Below, in pieces: positions 46,651 to 56,246 of a DNA stretch of 64,000 nucleotides. The notes under the pieces were generated by a model, which was not told the origin of the DNA, did no database searches, and was given only the letters and a program-made list of their open reading frames with translations. Numbering within the stretch: the first letter of the stretch is position 1; every line of letters begins with the position of its first letter. Source of the DNA: a virus (lineage: Duplodnaviria; Caudoviricetes); IMG/VR virus record IMGVR_UViG_2895476258_000012, positions 54 to 64,053 of that record, one strand, 5' to 3'. The position numbers and the translations under genes were made by a program.

Positions 46651-49600
46651 CTAAAGATCGAATAGCGCTCCGTCGTCTTCGGCTCGCTTCACTGGCCCGT
46701 CCAGACCGGGCGGGACGGGTAGCACACCCGCGTCGGTCAGCTCGGCGACCGTGATGCGCTGCCCGTCACAGATCTCGGTGAGCAGTTCTTGCTGAGCGGG
46801 CTCTTCGCGCACGAGGAGCCCCAGAACGTTGAGCAGGTCAAGGAGTTCCATCGTCCATCCCGGCACCCAGCGCGGCGCGGTTTCGAAGTCCAACGGCAGA
46901 CGCCTCTTCCCGGCGGGTTCCTTCTTGCGGTAGCCGTACCACTTGTCCAGGACGTTCCAGCCGGACACTTCGTAGTCGCGTACCCGCTGGGGCACAGGGC
47001 TCACGTTGCCCGTGCCGATCCACAGGTCACCGGACTCCGGGTCGTAGCGCAGCTTGTCGTTCGGCATATCGTCCGGCGTGTCGGAGATCTCCTCATCGCA
47101 TCGGGGCCGCTCGGCCACAAGAAGCCGCGGGCTACCCGCCGGCCGTCCGGCGGCCGGGTCGACGTACCGTTCGCCGTAGCTGTGCAGCCAGAGAACACGT
47201 CGGCCCAGCTCGACGGCCCGGGTCCATAACGCCGCGTCAGCGGTCAAGGGGATACGCGCCCCAGGGACCTCCAAGTCTTCGCGGAAGCGCTCGCTGTAGG
47301 CGGGGTGTGCTGTGACGGCGGCGACATACGCCAGCATGTCTTCCGGATGCACGGGGTGTTGGAGCGTCTGCGACAGGCAGTCGAGGAGGCCAGGCGTGAT
47401 GTTGGGCGTCGTGGCGTCCGCATCGCGATACAGCGGGCGGGTGCATCCGCTGCGCCCGTTGTAGTAGTGCATATCGGGGATGAGCGCGGAGAAGACCAGA
47501 CCCGGACCACTCGTGACGGCTTGGGCGTTCTGCTCGACAGCGTAGATCTGGCGGGAGCCTCGCACACGCCAGAGGTCGGTGCGGCCCCGCACCATCAGAC
47601 GGTTGTCAGGAATGATCCACTGACGGTCGAACGAACGGAATCCGACTCTCACTAGTTCAGGATGAGGACGCTGTTCCTCCGCAAGAGTCACCTTGTCGTG
47701 GGATGGGATGCCAGGCAATGGATCAACGATGCTTTCCAACTTTCGGTTATCGGCCTCCCCGAACGTCTCACGGCGTCCATCTCGGTCGGCCGCCAGGAAG
47801 AGTCGCCAGCGCTCGGACAAGGTCACCTTGTCGGGTGCGTAGATCCATGCTCTGCCCGGCGTTACTCCGCGCGAGGACCAAGGCATGAGGTCCGCGAAGC
47901 TAGGGCTGGATTCCCACACGTCGCTGCCCGGCGGCAGGAAAGGCGCTTCCCACTCGCTCGCGCAGAGACGCCACTGCTCGTCGGTGAGAGTGAGGCCGGT
48001 CAGCCGGGAGAGCTTGTCGTTGCGGTGGCCTTCGATCTGCACGTGATGGATCACTGCGGGCTCGCTACGGCTGTCGCGCAGCCGCACGAAGACGGCGATG
48101 CATAACTCTTGGGCTACCCCGGGGAACAGGCGCGTATTGACCTCCGGCCGCTGTCCTTCCGGGGAGACATCGATCACCCATCCCGCGTCGGCTGTTCTCC
48201 GCAGGTAGCGGCGCATCCCCGCGAATCCCCGTCCCATCAGCCACGCTTTCGGGGTGATGAAGGCAACGACGCCGAACGGGGCATCGTCGTGGAGGTCAAA
48301 CACCTTGTACGTCGCCCAGCGCCAGAAATAGACGTACAGGTTCGACATCTTCGACTCGTACGTGCCGTTGCCCTTGAGGCGAAAAGCATCCATCGGCGGC
48401 GCTTCGCCCGATTTGGGGTCGCCCTTCTCCACCCACTTCCCCGCGCCTCGGGAGACCGCGTCGTACGGGGGGTTGCCGATGACGACCACGACCCGTTCGT
48501 TGCGCTTGACGTTGTTAGCCTGGCGGCGGGAGTCGGCGATCGGCTGGTAGGTGTGCGGGAGCCAGCCGAAGTCGTCCTTGGGGTTCTCCAGGGTGTCGGT
48601 GACATACATGCGCAGGCCGTCAGCGGGTGCTGTGGACCCGTGTTCCTTGAGAGCGGCGTGCATGCGCAACTCGGCGACGGCGTATGGTCCGGTCTGCATC
48701 TCGAAGCCGATCAGCCGGGTGGCGACCATCTCGCGCAAGCGGGGACCCACGAGTCCTCGTCCTTCGTCGACTTTGATCGCCTGGGCGACGCGTTCGAGAA
48801 CGGTAAGCAAGAACGTTCCAGTGCCCATTGCCGGATCGACCACCACAACCTCGGGTGCGGCAAACCCCTTGGTGATGCCGAGGTGCTGTTTCAGAACATC
48901 ATCAGTGAGCCGGACCATAGCGTTGACCACCCCGTTCGGGGTGTAGAACGAGCCGGTCTTCTCGCGCAGTTCGTGGTCGTAGACCTGGAGGAAATCCTCA
49001 TACAGGCGCAGGTAGGCATCGCCGGAGCCGTCGTCGAGGCGCGACCACTCCACGGGGCCGATGACCCGGAGCAGCGTGTGGAGGGTCGTGGACAGCCCTT
49101 CAGCCGAGTCGCCGGTCAGGATGTCGAGCGCGCGGCCCATGAGGGAGTGCTTCTTGCCGAGCTTCGAGGCGATCCCGTGCATGGTGTCGCCCTCGAAGAC
49201 GATACCTTCGACGCGGGCTAAGAGCAGGGCGAAGACAACGGTCTGGGCGTACTGGTCGGCGAACTGGTCATCCGTCTTCTCGGGGAAAAGCAGGCGACGC
49301 CAATCCTCCGCGAGACCGGTAAACACCTTTGGGCGCTTGCCGGACTTCTCCAGGCTGATCGTGCGTGCCACTTCCTGGCACAGAAAGCGGCACAGACCCG
49401 CGACGGCCTTGACGAGCTGGCCGACAGTACGCGGCGGCTGTGGCTTCCAGGTGAGGAAATCCTGCAAGAGGCGGGCGATGCCGCTGTCGGCTGGGGCCAG
49501 GCGGTCTCCGGCGGACTTGACCGACCCTGCCATGCGTACGAGATCCCCGACGCGCTGCCCGTTACGGTAAAGGCCCCACTCGTCGCCGTCGGTGTAGAGC

Positions 49601-49944
49601 ACGTTCGGTAAGAGGGCGAGTTTCTGCCACTGTGCGGCGTTACGACCGGTGAAGGATGTCGGGTCGGCGCCGAGTCCCGGCTTCTTGAGCTCGATGTACC
49701 CAGCCAGCGATCCGGCCACGTCGACCGCGAAGTCGGGGCGGGCATCCAGATCGGCCAGGGGGACTTCTCCGGTCAGCGTGACCTTCAGGGCGAGGGCGTC
49801 GCCGACCGTGCGCGCCAGGGTCTCCAGCGGGCCACGTAACTGGTCCTCAGGCCATCCGGAACCCTTGAGCTTGGGTTTCACCTCCATGCCGAACCTCGAC
49901 ACTGCGGCACGGACAGCCTGCTCGTAGTCACCGCTAGGGGGCAC
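46651..49944 (-). CDS. Type ISP/IIG-like restriction-modification enzyme (nuclease + N6-adenine MTase + specificity domain)
   Basis: RPDF...IELKKP, GSFYTP, DPAMGTGTF, VIGNPPY, YRSFD-like FRSFDRQW; no helicase domain seen. Confidence 0.88.
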   Translation of the reverse strand: MPPSGDYEQAVRAAVSRFGMEVKPKLKGSGWPEDQLRGPLETLARTVGDALALKVTLTGEVPLADLDARPDFAVDVAGSLAGYIELKKPGLGADPTSFTGRNAAQWQKLALLPNVLYTDGDEWGLYRNGQRVGDLVRMAGSVKSAGDRLAPADSGIARLLQDFLTWKPQPPRTVGQLVKAVAGLCRFLCQEVARTISLEKSGKRPKVFTGLAEDWRRLLFPEKTDDQFADQYAQTVVFALLLARVEGIVFEGDTMHGIASKLGKKHSLMGRALDILTGDSAEGLSTTLHTLLRVIGPVEWSRLDDGSGDAYLRLYEDFLQVYDHELREKTGSFYTPNGVVNAMVRLTDDVLKQHLGITKGFAAPEVVVVDPAMGTGTFLLTVLERVAQAIKVDEGRGLVGPRLREMVATRLIGFEMQTGPYAVAELRMHAALKEHGSTAPADGLRMYVTDTLENPKDDFGWLPHTYQPIADSRRQANNVKRNERVVVVIGNPPYDAVSRGAGKWVEKGDPKSGEAPPMDAFRLKGNGTYESKMSNLYVYFWRWATYKVFDLHDDAPFGVVAFITPKAWLMGRGFAGMRRYLRRTADAGWVIDVSPEGQRPEVNTRLFPGVAQELCIAVFVRLRDSRSEPAVIHHVQIEGHRNDKLSRLTGLTLTDEQWRLCASEWEAPFLPPGSDVWESSPSFADLMPWSSRGVTPGRAWIYAPDKVTLSERWRLFLAADRDGRRETFGEADNRKLESIVDPLPGIPSHDKVTLAEEQRPHPELVRVGFRSFDRQWIIPDNRLMVRGRTDLWRVRGSRQIYAVEQNAQAVTSGPGLVFSALIPDMHYYNGRSGCTRPLYRDADATTPNITPGLLDCLSQTLQHPVHPEDMLAYVAAVTAHPAYSERFREDLEVPGARIPLTADAALWTRAVELGRRVLWLHSYGERYVDPAAGRPAGSPRLLVAERPRCDEEISDTPDDMPNDKLRYDPESGDLWIGTGNVSPVPQRVRDYEVSGWNVLDKWYGYRKKEPAGKRRLPLDFETAPRWVPGWTMELLDLLNVLGLLVREEPAQQELLTEICDGQRITVAELTDAGVLPVPPGLDGPVKRAEDDGALFDL

Positions 49945-50014
49945 GCCGCTCTACCTCCACTATGGAGCCGATAGAGGTGTCTGGATGGCCCGACTGTACG
50001 GCAAATGCGGATCT

Positions 50015-50026
50015 TGGTCTAGACCA
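50015..50026. promoter_or_regulatory. Perfect palindrome TGGTCTAGACCA (DasR/HutC-type GntR box)
   Basis: About 70 bp upstream of the RM gene; matches the core of the actinomycete dre consensus as recalled. Confidence 0.45.
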
Positions 50027-50187
50027 GCGGCGGGATACGTTTGCCTAGCTCACGGCACCCATAAGTTGGCCAAGACACCGATGGGGATGGAACGCCAGAT
50101 GTGGTTCCACGAGGACCAGGTGCAGAAGGTGGAGGGCCAGGACTTACAGCCGGGTGCGGCGCACGTACGAGCGTCAGGACTTCGGTG

Positions 50188-50751
50188 CTAGCCCTGCCTT
50201 TCCAGCCGGCCGATGGCGCGGTAGATCGCCGGGCGGCTCACGCCCAGCTTGTCGGCGATCTCCTGCACCGTGCCCTCCCGGGCGTCGTACATCGCCTTCG
50301 CCTGACGCGCCAGGTGGTCGGTTAGCTTCGGCTTGCGCCCGCCCTTACGTCCGCGGGCGCGTGACGCCTCCAGGCCCTCGCGGGTGCGCTCGGAGATCAG
50401 CGTGTGCTCAAACTCGGCGACCGCGCCGATGATGTGGAAGAACATCTTGCCCACGGGCGTGCTGGTGTCGATTCCCTGCTCCAGCACTACGAGGTCGACG
50501 CCGCGCGCCTGCAGGTTTTCGGAGAGCTCGATCAGGTTCTTGAGGGACCGGCCGAGGCGGTCGAGCCGAGTCACCATCAGCTGATCGCCGCCGCGCAGCC
50601 GCAGCAGCGCCTTGTCGAGCTCGGGACGGCTCGCGAGCTTGCCGGAGACCTTGTCGACGTAGATCTCATCGCATCCGGCGGCAGCTAAGGCGTCGCGCTG
50701 AGAGTCGGGGTTCTGGTGGCGGGTGCTGACCCGCCCGTAGCCGATCTTCAT
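50188..50751 (-). CDS. Small serine recombinase (resolvase/invertase)
   Basis: MKIGYGRVST..Q, RLDRLGRS, EFEH.LISERT..G, C-terminal HTH. Confidence 0.95.
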   Translation of the reverse strand: MKIGYGRVSTRHQNPDSQRDALAAAGCDEIYVDKVSGKLASRPELDKALLRLRGGDQLMVTRLDRLGRSLKNLIELSENLQARGVDLVVLEQGIDTSTPVGKMFFHIIGAVAEFEHTLISERTREGLEASRARGRKGGRKPKLTDHLARQAKAMYDAREGTVQEIADKLGVSRPAIYRAIGRLERQG

Positions 50752-50760
50752 TGGTAAATT

Positions 50761-50788
50761 GTAACGCAATCACGAATGCTTGCGTTAC
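50761..50788. promoter_or_regulatory. Probable res subsite (28-bp inverted repeat) upstream of the resolvase
   Basis: GTAACGCAA-N10-TTGCGTTAC. Confidence 0.55.
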
Positions 50789-50969
50789 ATTGCAACGAAC
50801 ACGGGTTACGAACAGAATTGACGTGCGCGAACGCGAACCGATCTTGACGTACGAAAACAATCGTTTACGGACAAGGTCGCCCTCAGCGTGCCCGTGTCCA
50901 TCCCCATGGGCGTCGCCATCAACCTACTCGTGCCCTGATGATCTCCGTCGTCCCGTTGGTGAGCTAGAT

Positions 50970-51428
50970 CTAAGTGGATTCTCCCGGGCTTGTGAGCAGC
51001 TCTCGAAGCTTTTCCTGAGCCGCAACCCGTCGCTGTTGCTGATATCTCAGGACGGCGTCCTTCGCAATGACCTTCTGCACCGCTTCTCCAGTCGGAGACC
51101 GCACCACCGGCTTCTCCCCTGACCGATCCACCACCACATCCGGCCTCGCGTCCGGCGCCAGCCGCCCAAGATGCCATCCCAGCTCGGCGGCGCGCTTCAC
51201 CAGTTCGTCTACCTCAACCTTCTCCGGCGGCTCTGCAAGTTCCTCCTCCACACTCTCCCGCGCCTGCTCCACCTCCGCCAACTCCACCGCCACCCCGGCG
51301 GCCTCCACACGCTTCGCCCGCCCCAACACCGCAGCCAAAGGACGGCGCAACACCACCACCGCCACCACCACAGCGACAGGCCAAGCCAGAGAGCCGACAA
51401 GGGACGCCACAAGCTGGAAACCCGACAT
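50970..51428 (-). CDS. Membrane-anchored hypothetical protein
   Basis: SLAWPVAVVVAVVVLR TM followed by an acidic helix. Confidence 0.6.
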   Translation of the reverse strand: MSGFQLVASLVGSLAWPVAVVVAVVVLRRPLAAVLGRAKRVEAAGVAVELAEVEQARESVEEELAEPPEKVEVDELVKRAAELGWHLGRLAPDARPDVVVDRSGEKPVVRSPTGEAVQKVIAKDAVLRYQQQRRVAAQEKLRELLTSPGEST

Positions 51429-51636
51429 GCCAAGGCATCGCAGCAGCACGAGGAGGCGTTACCGCAAGGGAACAGCGCGGGAAGACGGCGCACCCCCACC
51501 CCCACCCGCCGGCCCGGGGGGTGCGGGTGCTCGCGCCAGCCCCGCCCGCGTGACGGTGTCCATCCCTATCGGGGTGGCGATCAACCTGCTCGTGCCCTGA
51601 CCACAGACACCATGACACGCACAGAAGCGTCGGCCT

Positions 51637-52095
51637 CTACAAGTGGAATGGGCTGGTTTCCACCTTCACCCGCAGCCAGAAGGCGCCGTCGAGCTCAAGC
51701 TTACAGTTGATCTTGTACGTGTTCTCGTTTCCGCCGCGAACCGACGACGCGCCCGTGCCCACGCGCCGCGTAACGTTCGGCCCCTGCCGAATCGTGTAAC
51801 CAGTGTGCGAATGCCAGGACGCCGACACGCCGTTCCAATGACGGTGAACCGGGAAGCACCAGATCCGCATCTTACGAGTTCGGCCGCAGGACGCCGAGCC
51901 CAGATAGGTGTAGCCGTTAGTGTCCCGATTCCAGATCACCGAAGCCTTGACCTTACAGCCAAAGCCGCTCGCTTCACGCACGGAGCCCCCGACCGGTCCC
52001 TCCGCCAAGGCGCTGCTTGGAGCCGCAACCAAGGCCAGACCGGAGGCAAGGAAGACGACCCCCGCCGACAGTACGCGTAATCTTCCTCGGAGCAC
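51637..52095 (-). CDS. Secreted protein with four Cys
   Basis: Signal peptide ending in SSALA; basic mature domain. Confidence 0.6.
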   Translation of the reverse strand: MLRGRLRVLSAGVVFLASGLALVAAPSSALAEGPVGGSVREASGFGCKVKASVIWNRDTNGYTYLGSASCGRTRKMRIWCFPVHRHWNGVSASWHSHTGYTIRQGPNVTRRVGTGASSVRGGNENTYKINCKLELDGAFWLRVKVETSPFHL

Positions 52096-52414
52096 CAGAG
52101 ATCACCTCGATAGCTTCCGCGACACGCTCACTTTAGGCCTATCAAGCCTGCTGAACCCCGTCCAGGGAAACCTACGATTCTGTCCCATTCCAGAAACGGC
52201 GGGCGTCAACTGCATAGGTCAAACCGACCTACTGGACCCGCCGCCTGAAGGACCCCCTTGAAGACCCACCGTTGCGCCCGCAGTGCTGACCATCGGGTAC
52301 GCCACTCTGAGGTCATCGCTGTGTCGGTTGCGTTCTGGCAGCGCGCTCGATCGTGAAACGATTACTACCAGTCCCGCCGTACCGGTCGAGTAGGCACCGG
52401 GAAGGAACGCCACC

Positions 52415-52711
52415 TTGAGCGCCTTAAGCGACCACAAGTGTGCCCGCCCCGCGACGAGTTACGCAGAGTCGTGGCGGTGCGCAGAATGCGGGCTGCTGTG
52501 GGAACCCTTGCCCACGACACCCGTCGAGGATGAGGAGACACAGAAGGTCCGCTGGTTCGACCTCGTCTCCAACATCGCGTCCATCGCTGCCACCGCGGGC
52601 ATGCTCGGCCTCTTCTGGTGGCTCGGACTGCGGACCATCTTCTTCGGCCTGAGTCTGTGCCTGCTCCTCAGTGTCGTCTCGGCGTGGCTGTGGCAGCGAT
52701 GGCGAAGGTGA
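52415..52711 (+). CDS. Small membrane protein with an N-terminal Cys motif
   Basis: HKC...WRCAECG and two TM helices. Confidence 0.45.
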   Translation: MSALSDHKCARPATSYAESWRCAECGLLWEPLPTTPVEDEETQKVRWFDLVSNIASIAATAGMLGLFWWLGLRTIFFGLSLCLLLSVVSAWLWQRWRR

Positions 52712-52971
52712 GACGATTACTGCCGATCCCACCATTGCGACATACGGCAGACTCTCGCTGAACGCGAAAGCGGCCCGTTGCCACGAACCGCACTGCCCGA
52801 CAAGGGCCGAGAACGAGACGCGAAGAACGCAGCAGCTCAGCCGAAAGGCAAAGGCGGAGGGGGCGAGGCCCCCATCCCCCTGGCCGGCCCCGGGGGTTGG
52901 GGTGCGCCAGCTCCAGCGCACGGAAGCGCCCGCCTCGCTGGCTGCGAGACAGGCGCCTGCCGAGCTACGCG

Positions 52972-53379
52972 CTAGTTGTTCTCGACGCCCCGCCGCCGCT
53001 CGGCGGTCTCGTGCCACGCCTTGTGCGCATGTGCGCCGAGCAGCGTCGTTTCAAGATCGGCCGTGACTTCGACGGCCAACCCGATCAGCTCCGGATCGGC
53101 GCCGCCCTGGAGCAGCCTGATCAGGTCCCGATAGATGGCGACCGCCGAATAGGCCAGCATCCGGTACGGCTCGTAGTTCAACGTCAGCGCCAGCGCACCG
53201 GCCGCCGCCATCCGACCACCGTCGTACGACACGGTGATCTCCTCCGTCGTCAGGACGATGGTTACCTCCGGCGGCACGATGCCGACCGACGCGAGGATCA
53301 TGGCCAGGCGCTCGGTTGCTTCCTGCGCCTGCTGGGCCAGCGCGCCCAGGCCGGGCACGTCGGGGGTGGATTCGGTCAC
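52972..53379 (-). CDS. Hypothetical protein
   Basis: GTG start with RBS AAAGGA; high-GC codon pattern. Confidence 0.6.
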   Translation of the reverse strand: MTESTPDVPGLGALAQQAQEATERLAMILASVGIVPPEVTIVLTTEEITVSYDGGRMAAAGALALTLNYEPYRMLAYSAVAIYRDLIRLLQGGADPELIGLAVEVTADLETTLLGAHAHKAWHETAERRRGVENN

Positions 53380-53449
53380 GGTCGTTCCTTTGGTCGTTTC
53401 GGGTGGGAGGTGGGGGGCCACGCGCCCCGAACGCGCGGCCCGGGTCCTG

Positions 53450-54022
53450 CTACGCCTCGGCGGTCAAGCTGGCCACGTACTCGGCCAGAGTCATGCCGAG
53501 CGCCTCGGCGGTCTCCGTGAGCAGAGCCACGCGCTTGGCGTTGGCCGCCGCCTTCTTGTCCGCGTCCTCCTTGGCGCGCCGGGCCGCCGCCGTAGCGATC
53601 TCCTCCGCCTTGGCCGCCGGGTCGTCCGCCTCGGCGATCTTGCGGAAGTCGGCGAGCATGAGCGTGCGCGTGGCCAGGGTGGACATCGGGCTCACGCCGA
53701 GACGCCACGCCCCGTCGTCGGCGCGGGTCACGATGCGCCGACCGTCCGGGTAGGTGGCGACGATCTCCGCCGGGTGGGCGTCGCTGGCCGTCATCACGCC
53801 CGACCCCGGGCGGGAACGGTCGGACAGTTGCTCATGGCCCCAGTAGGAGACGGCCTCCGCGATGGTGGGCGACTTCTCGCACAGCGCCTGCCACGCCTTG
53901 TCCGGCCGGGCGGTGCCGTCGTCCTTCGTGGTCAGCCAGTGGAGGACGGCGGCCAGGATCTCGCTACGGATGCCCGCCTGCTTGTCGGCGGTCTTGGTGG
54001 TCTTGCTGGTCGTTCCGGCCAT
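53450..54022 (-). CDS. Hypothetical protein with C-terminal helical region
   Basis: MAGTTSK start with RBS GAAAGG. Confidence 0.65.
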   Translation of the reverse strand: MAGTTSKTTKTADKQAGIRSEILAAVLHWLTTKDDGTARPDKAWQALCEKSPTIAEAVSYWGHEQLSDRSRPGSGVMTASDAHPAEIVATYPDGRRIVTRADDGAWRLGVSPMSTLATRTLMLADFRKIAEADDPAAKAEEIATAAARRAKEDADKKAAANAKRVALLTETAEALGMTLAEYVASLTAEA

Positions 54023-54080
54023 GATCGGCCTGCCTTTCGGGTGGGGTGGCGCGCCCCGGGTTGGGGCGCGCCTGGTTGGG

Positions 54081-55070
54081 TTACTTGTCGGTTGCCGGGC
54101 GGTCGCCAGGCGACGGGTGAACGCCTTCCGGGTGGCAGGGGCAGGGCTGGTCAAGGACCGTGGTCTCCGCCGCCTCCGGCACTGGCGTGTCGTGCGCGGG
54201 GGTGGGGTGCGGGTCCTCCCAGCGGGTCACGCCTTTGGGCAGGCCGCCCGGCTTGGCCTGATGCGGGGTGGCCTGCGTGTCCTCCGAGGAGTAGAAGCGG
54301 TCCCGGACGGAACGCCGCCCATGGCGCTTGCGGTTGCGCTTGCGCCAGGCGATGACCGCCAGGATCAGGGCCAGCACGGCGAGGCCAGCGTACGACTGCC
54401 ACGGGAGGCCGCCGCCGCTCATGGCCGTACCGGGCGTAGCGGCGGCGTTTCCGCCGACGTCAGGCAGCATGTTGACCAGGTCGCCCGCCTCGTTGGCGCA
54501 CTCCAGGCGCTTGCCCGTCGTGTTGCGCGTGGGGCACGCAACCACGAACCGGACTGCGTCCTCTGTGCTGCTCGCCGATGGCGTCCGCTGCCCGCCTCCC
54601 GTGGCCGGGGGGCAAAGTGACGGGACCAGCGCGCACAGCGCGTCGGCCTGCTGCGGCATCGCCGCGTACGGGTTGGCCTGCTGGATGGGCGCGGCCTGTG
54701 CAGCGGGTGCGGCTGGTGGCGCTGTGACCGTGGCACGGACGGTCTTGGTCCTGGTCACGGTGGGCGCGGGCGTTGGGGTGGCTGTCACGGTGGCCGTGGT
54801 CACCACGGGCGACGGGGTGAGCGACGCCGTGATGGTGGCCGTTGCCGTGGTGGTGGCCGTGGACCGTTCGGTGACCGTGGCGGTTTCCCTGGTCGTGGCC
54901 GTGATGGTCTCCGTCTGCGTGACGGTCACGGTTTCTTCCGCCGCTGGCAGTGCCGCGCCTGTGGACGGTATGGCCGCCCACGCGACGCTGGACACGCCAG
55001 CCGCGATCAGGCACGAGGCGAGCGCGGCGGCAACCGCGTTGACCCATCGTGCGAGCTTGGGACCGGTCAA
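54081..55070 (-). CDS. Exported Thr/Ala-rich surface protein with C-terminal TM anchor
   Basis: Signal-like N-terminus, TVTQTETITATT low-complexity stalk, GLAVLALILAVIAWRKR. Confidence 0.6.
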   Translation of the reverse strand: MTGPKLARWVNAVAAALASCLIAAGVSSVAWAAIPSTGAALPAAEETVTVTQTETITATTRETATVTERSTATTTATATITASLTPSPVVTTATVTATPTPAPTVTRTKTVRATVTAPPAAPAAQAAPIQQANPYAAMPQQADALCALVPSLCPPATGGGQRTPSASSTEDAVRFVVACPTRNTTGKRLECANEAGDLVNMLPDVGGNAAATPGTAMSGGGLPWQSYAGLAVLALILAVIAWRKRNRKRHGRRSVRDRFYSSEDTQATPHQAKPGGLPKGVTRWEDPHPTPAHDTPVPEAAETTVLDQPCPCHPEGVHPSPGDRPATDK

Positions 55071-55210
55071 GGTCCCTCCCTTCGGGGTGGGGCTCTCACC
55101 GAGCGTGTGAGCCCTTCACCTGGTAATCGCTGACATGGGAGGTAACGTTACGTGAACTGATATCACGGTTGGATAACGGGATGTAACGTCACCTCCGATA
55201 GTCTGCCGTC

Positions 55211-55468
55211 ATGACACCAGAGCAGGAGGAGATCCTGGCGGCACTGCGCGACGCCAGGGAGCGCGTGGAGGCAGGCAAGCGGGCGGCGGCCGAGCGGCGC
55301 AAGCTGGTCGCCAAGGCGCGCGGCCAGCACATCCCCATGAAGGCGGTCGAGGACGCATCCGGGATCGGGCGGAAGGTGATCAGCGAGATTGAGCGGGAGG
55401 CAGGCTTCGCGCCCCGCTTGCCGGGGGGCGGCTTCCCGGAGGGTGCCCAGGTCACGGGGGCCGAGTAG
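55211..55468 (+). CDS. Small HTH-like protein
   Basis: IPMKAVEDASGIGRKVISEI; divergent from the surface-protein gene. Confidence 0.55.
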   Translation: MTPEQEEILAALRDARERVEAGKRAAAERRKLVAKARGQHIPMKAVEDASGIGRKVISEIEREAGFAPRLPGGGFPEGAQVTGAE

Positions 55469-55724
55469 GGCGGTGGGCGAGATCATCGTCGAGGCCGGCG
55501 GCGCGCTAATTAACCAGAAGGTACATTAAGCCGATCTTGTGCGTTCGCTAGCGGCACTATCTAACATGGGCTTCGCCAATCCTCGCTAATGATCTTGCTC
55601 TCGCGTCCCCGTACTCCACGCTGCACTCCCGTGATCTTGCTTGCAGGGATCGGGTCAGCTTGCGCCCCGGCGTCAGCCTGCGTGCACCTCAGCCCCGTGC
55701 AGCCTCATTCGTGAAGGCTCTAAA

Positions 55725-55742
55725 GCAAGCGCTCTTGCTTGC
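55725..55742. promoter_or_regulatory. Palindromic operator GCAAGC-N6-GCTTGC
   Basis: Perfect site GCAAGCgctcttGCTTGC just left of the iteron cluster. Confidence 0.55.
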
Positions 55743-55790
55743 GTCGCATCGGACGGGACAGCGTGCCCCGTGCCTCTGGTTGCGTTGGGT

Positions 55791-56246
55791 GACATCCGAG
55801 GGACATCCGGTACGTCCGGTACATCCGGTACGCATGCATATGGGATCCGGGGGTTCGGGTCTTGATCCCCTTCCCTCCATGACTATCTGTAGATGAAAGA
55901 GGAGGATATATATACTTATAGTAATAATGATCTTGAAATAGCTATTATTACTGGATGTCCCGTGTAAACCCTCCTTGACCAGCGACATCCGGTACGTCAA
56001 GGCCTCATCCGGTACGCCGGGACGCTCATCCGGTACACATCCGGTACACGCGCAGAGTGACATTTGTGGTTACGGACAGTCTTCACAACATCCACCCGTC
56101 AACCCGCTCACACCCCCGGCACTCCTGAGAGACACATACATGCGTACCGGATGTACCGAACGTACCGGATGTCGACGTTTCCGCAGGTCAGACCCCGAAT
56201 TCTCATCCGGTACAGGTCGGTACGCGCGTACCGGATGTACCGGATG
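55791..56246. repeat. Iteron cluster with AT-rich core, probable replication origin
   Basis: 11 exact CATCCGGTAC copies (7 forward, 4 reverse) around an AT-rich tract at ~55880-55950. Confidence 0.7.

Noticed and set aside
50188-50751. Prophage integrase
   Set aside because: Small resolvase with only catalytic and HTH domains; lacks the recombinase and zinc-ribbon domains of large serine integrases
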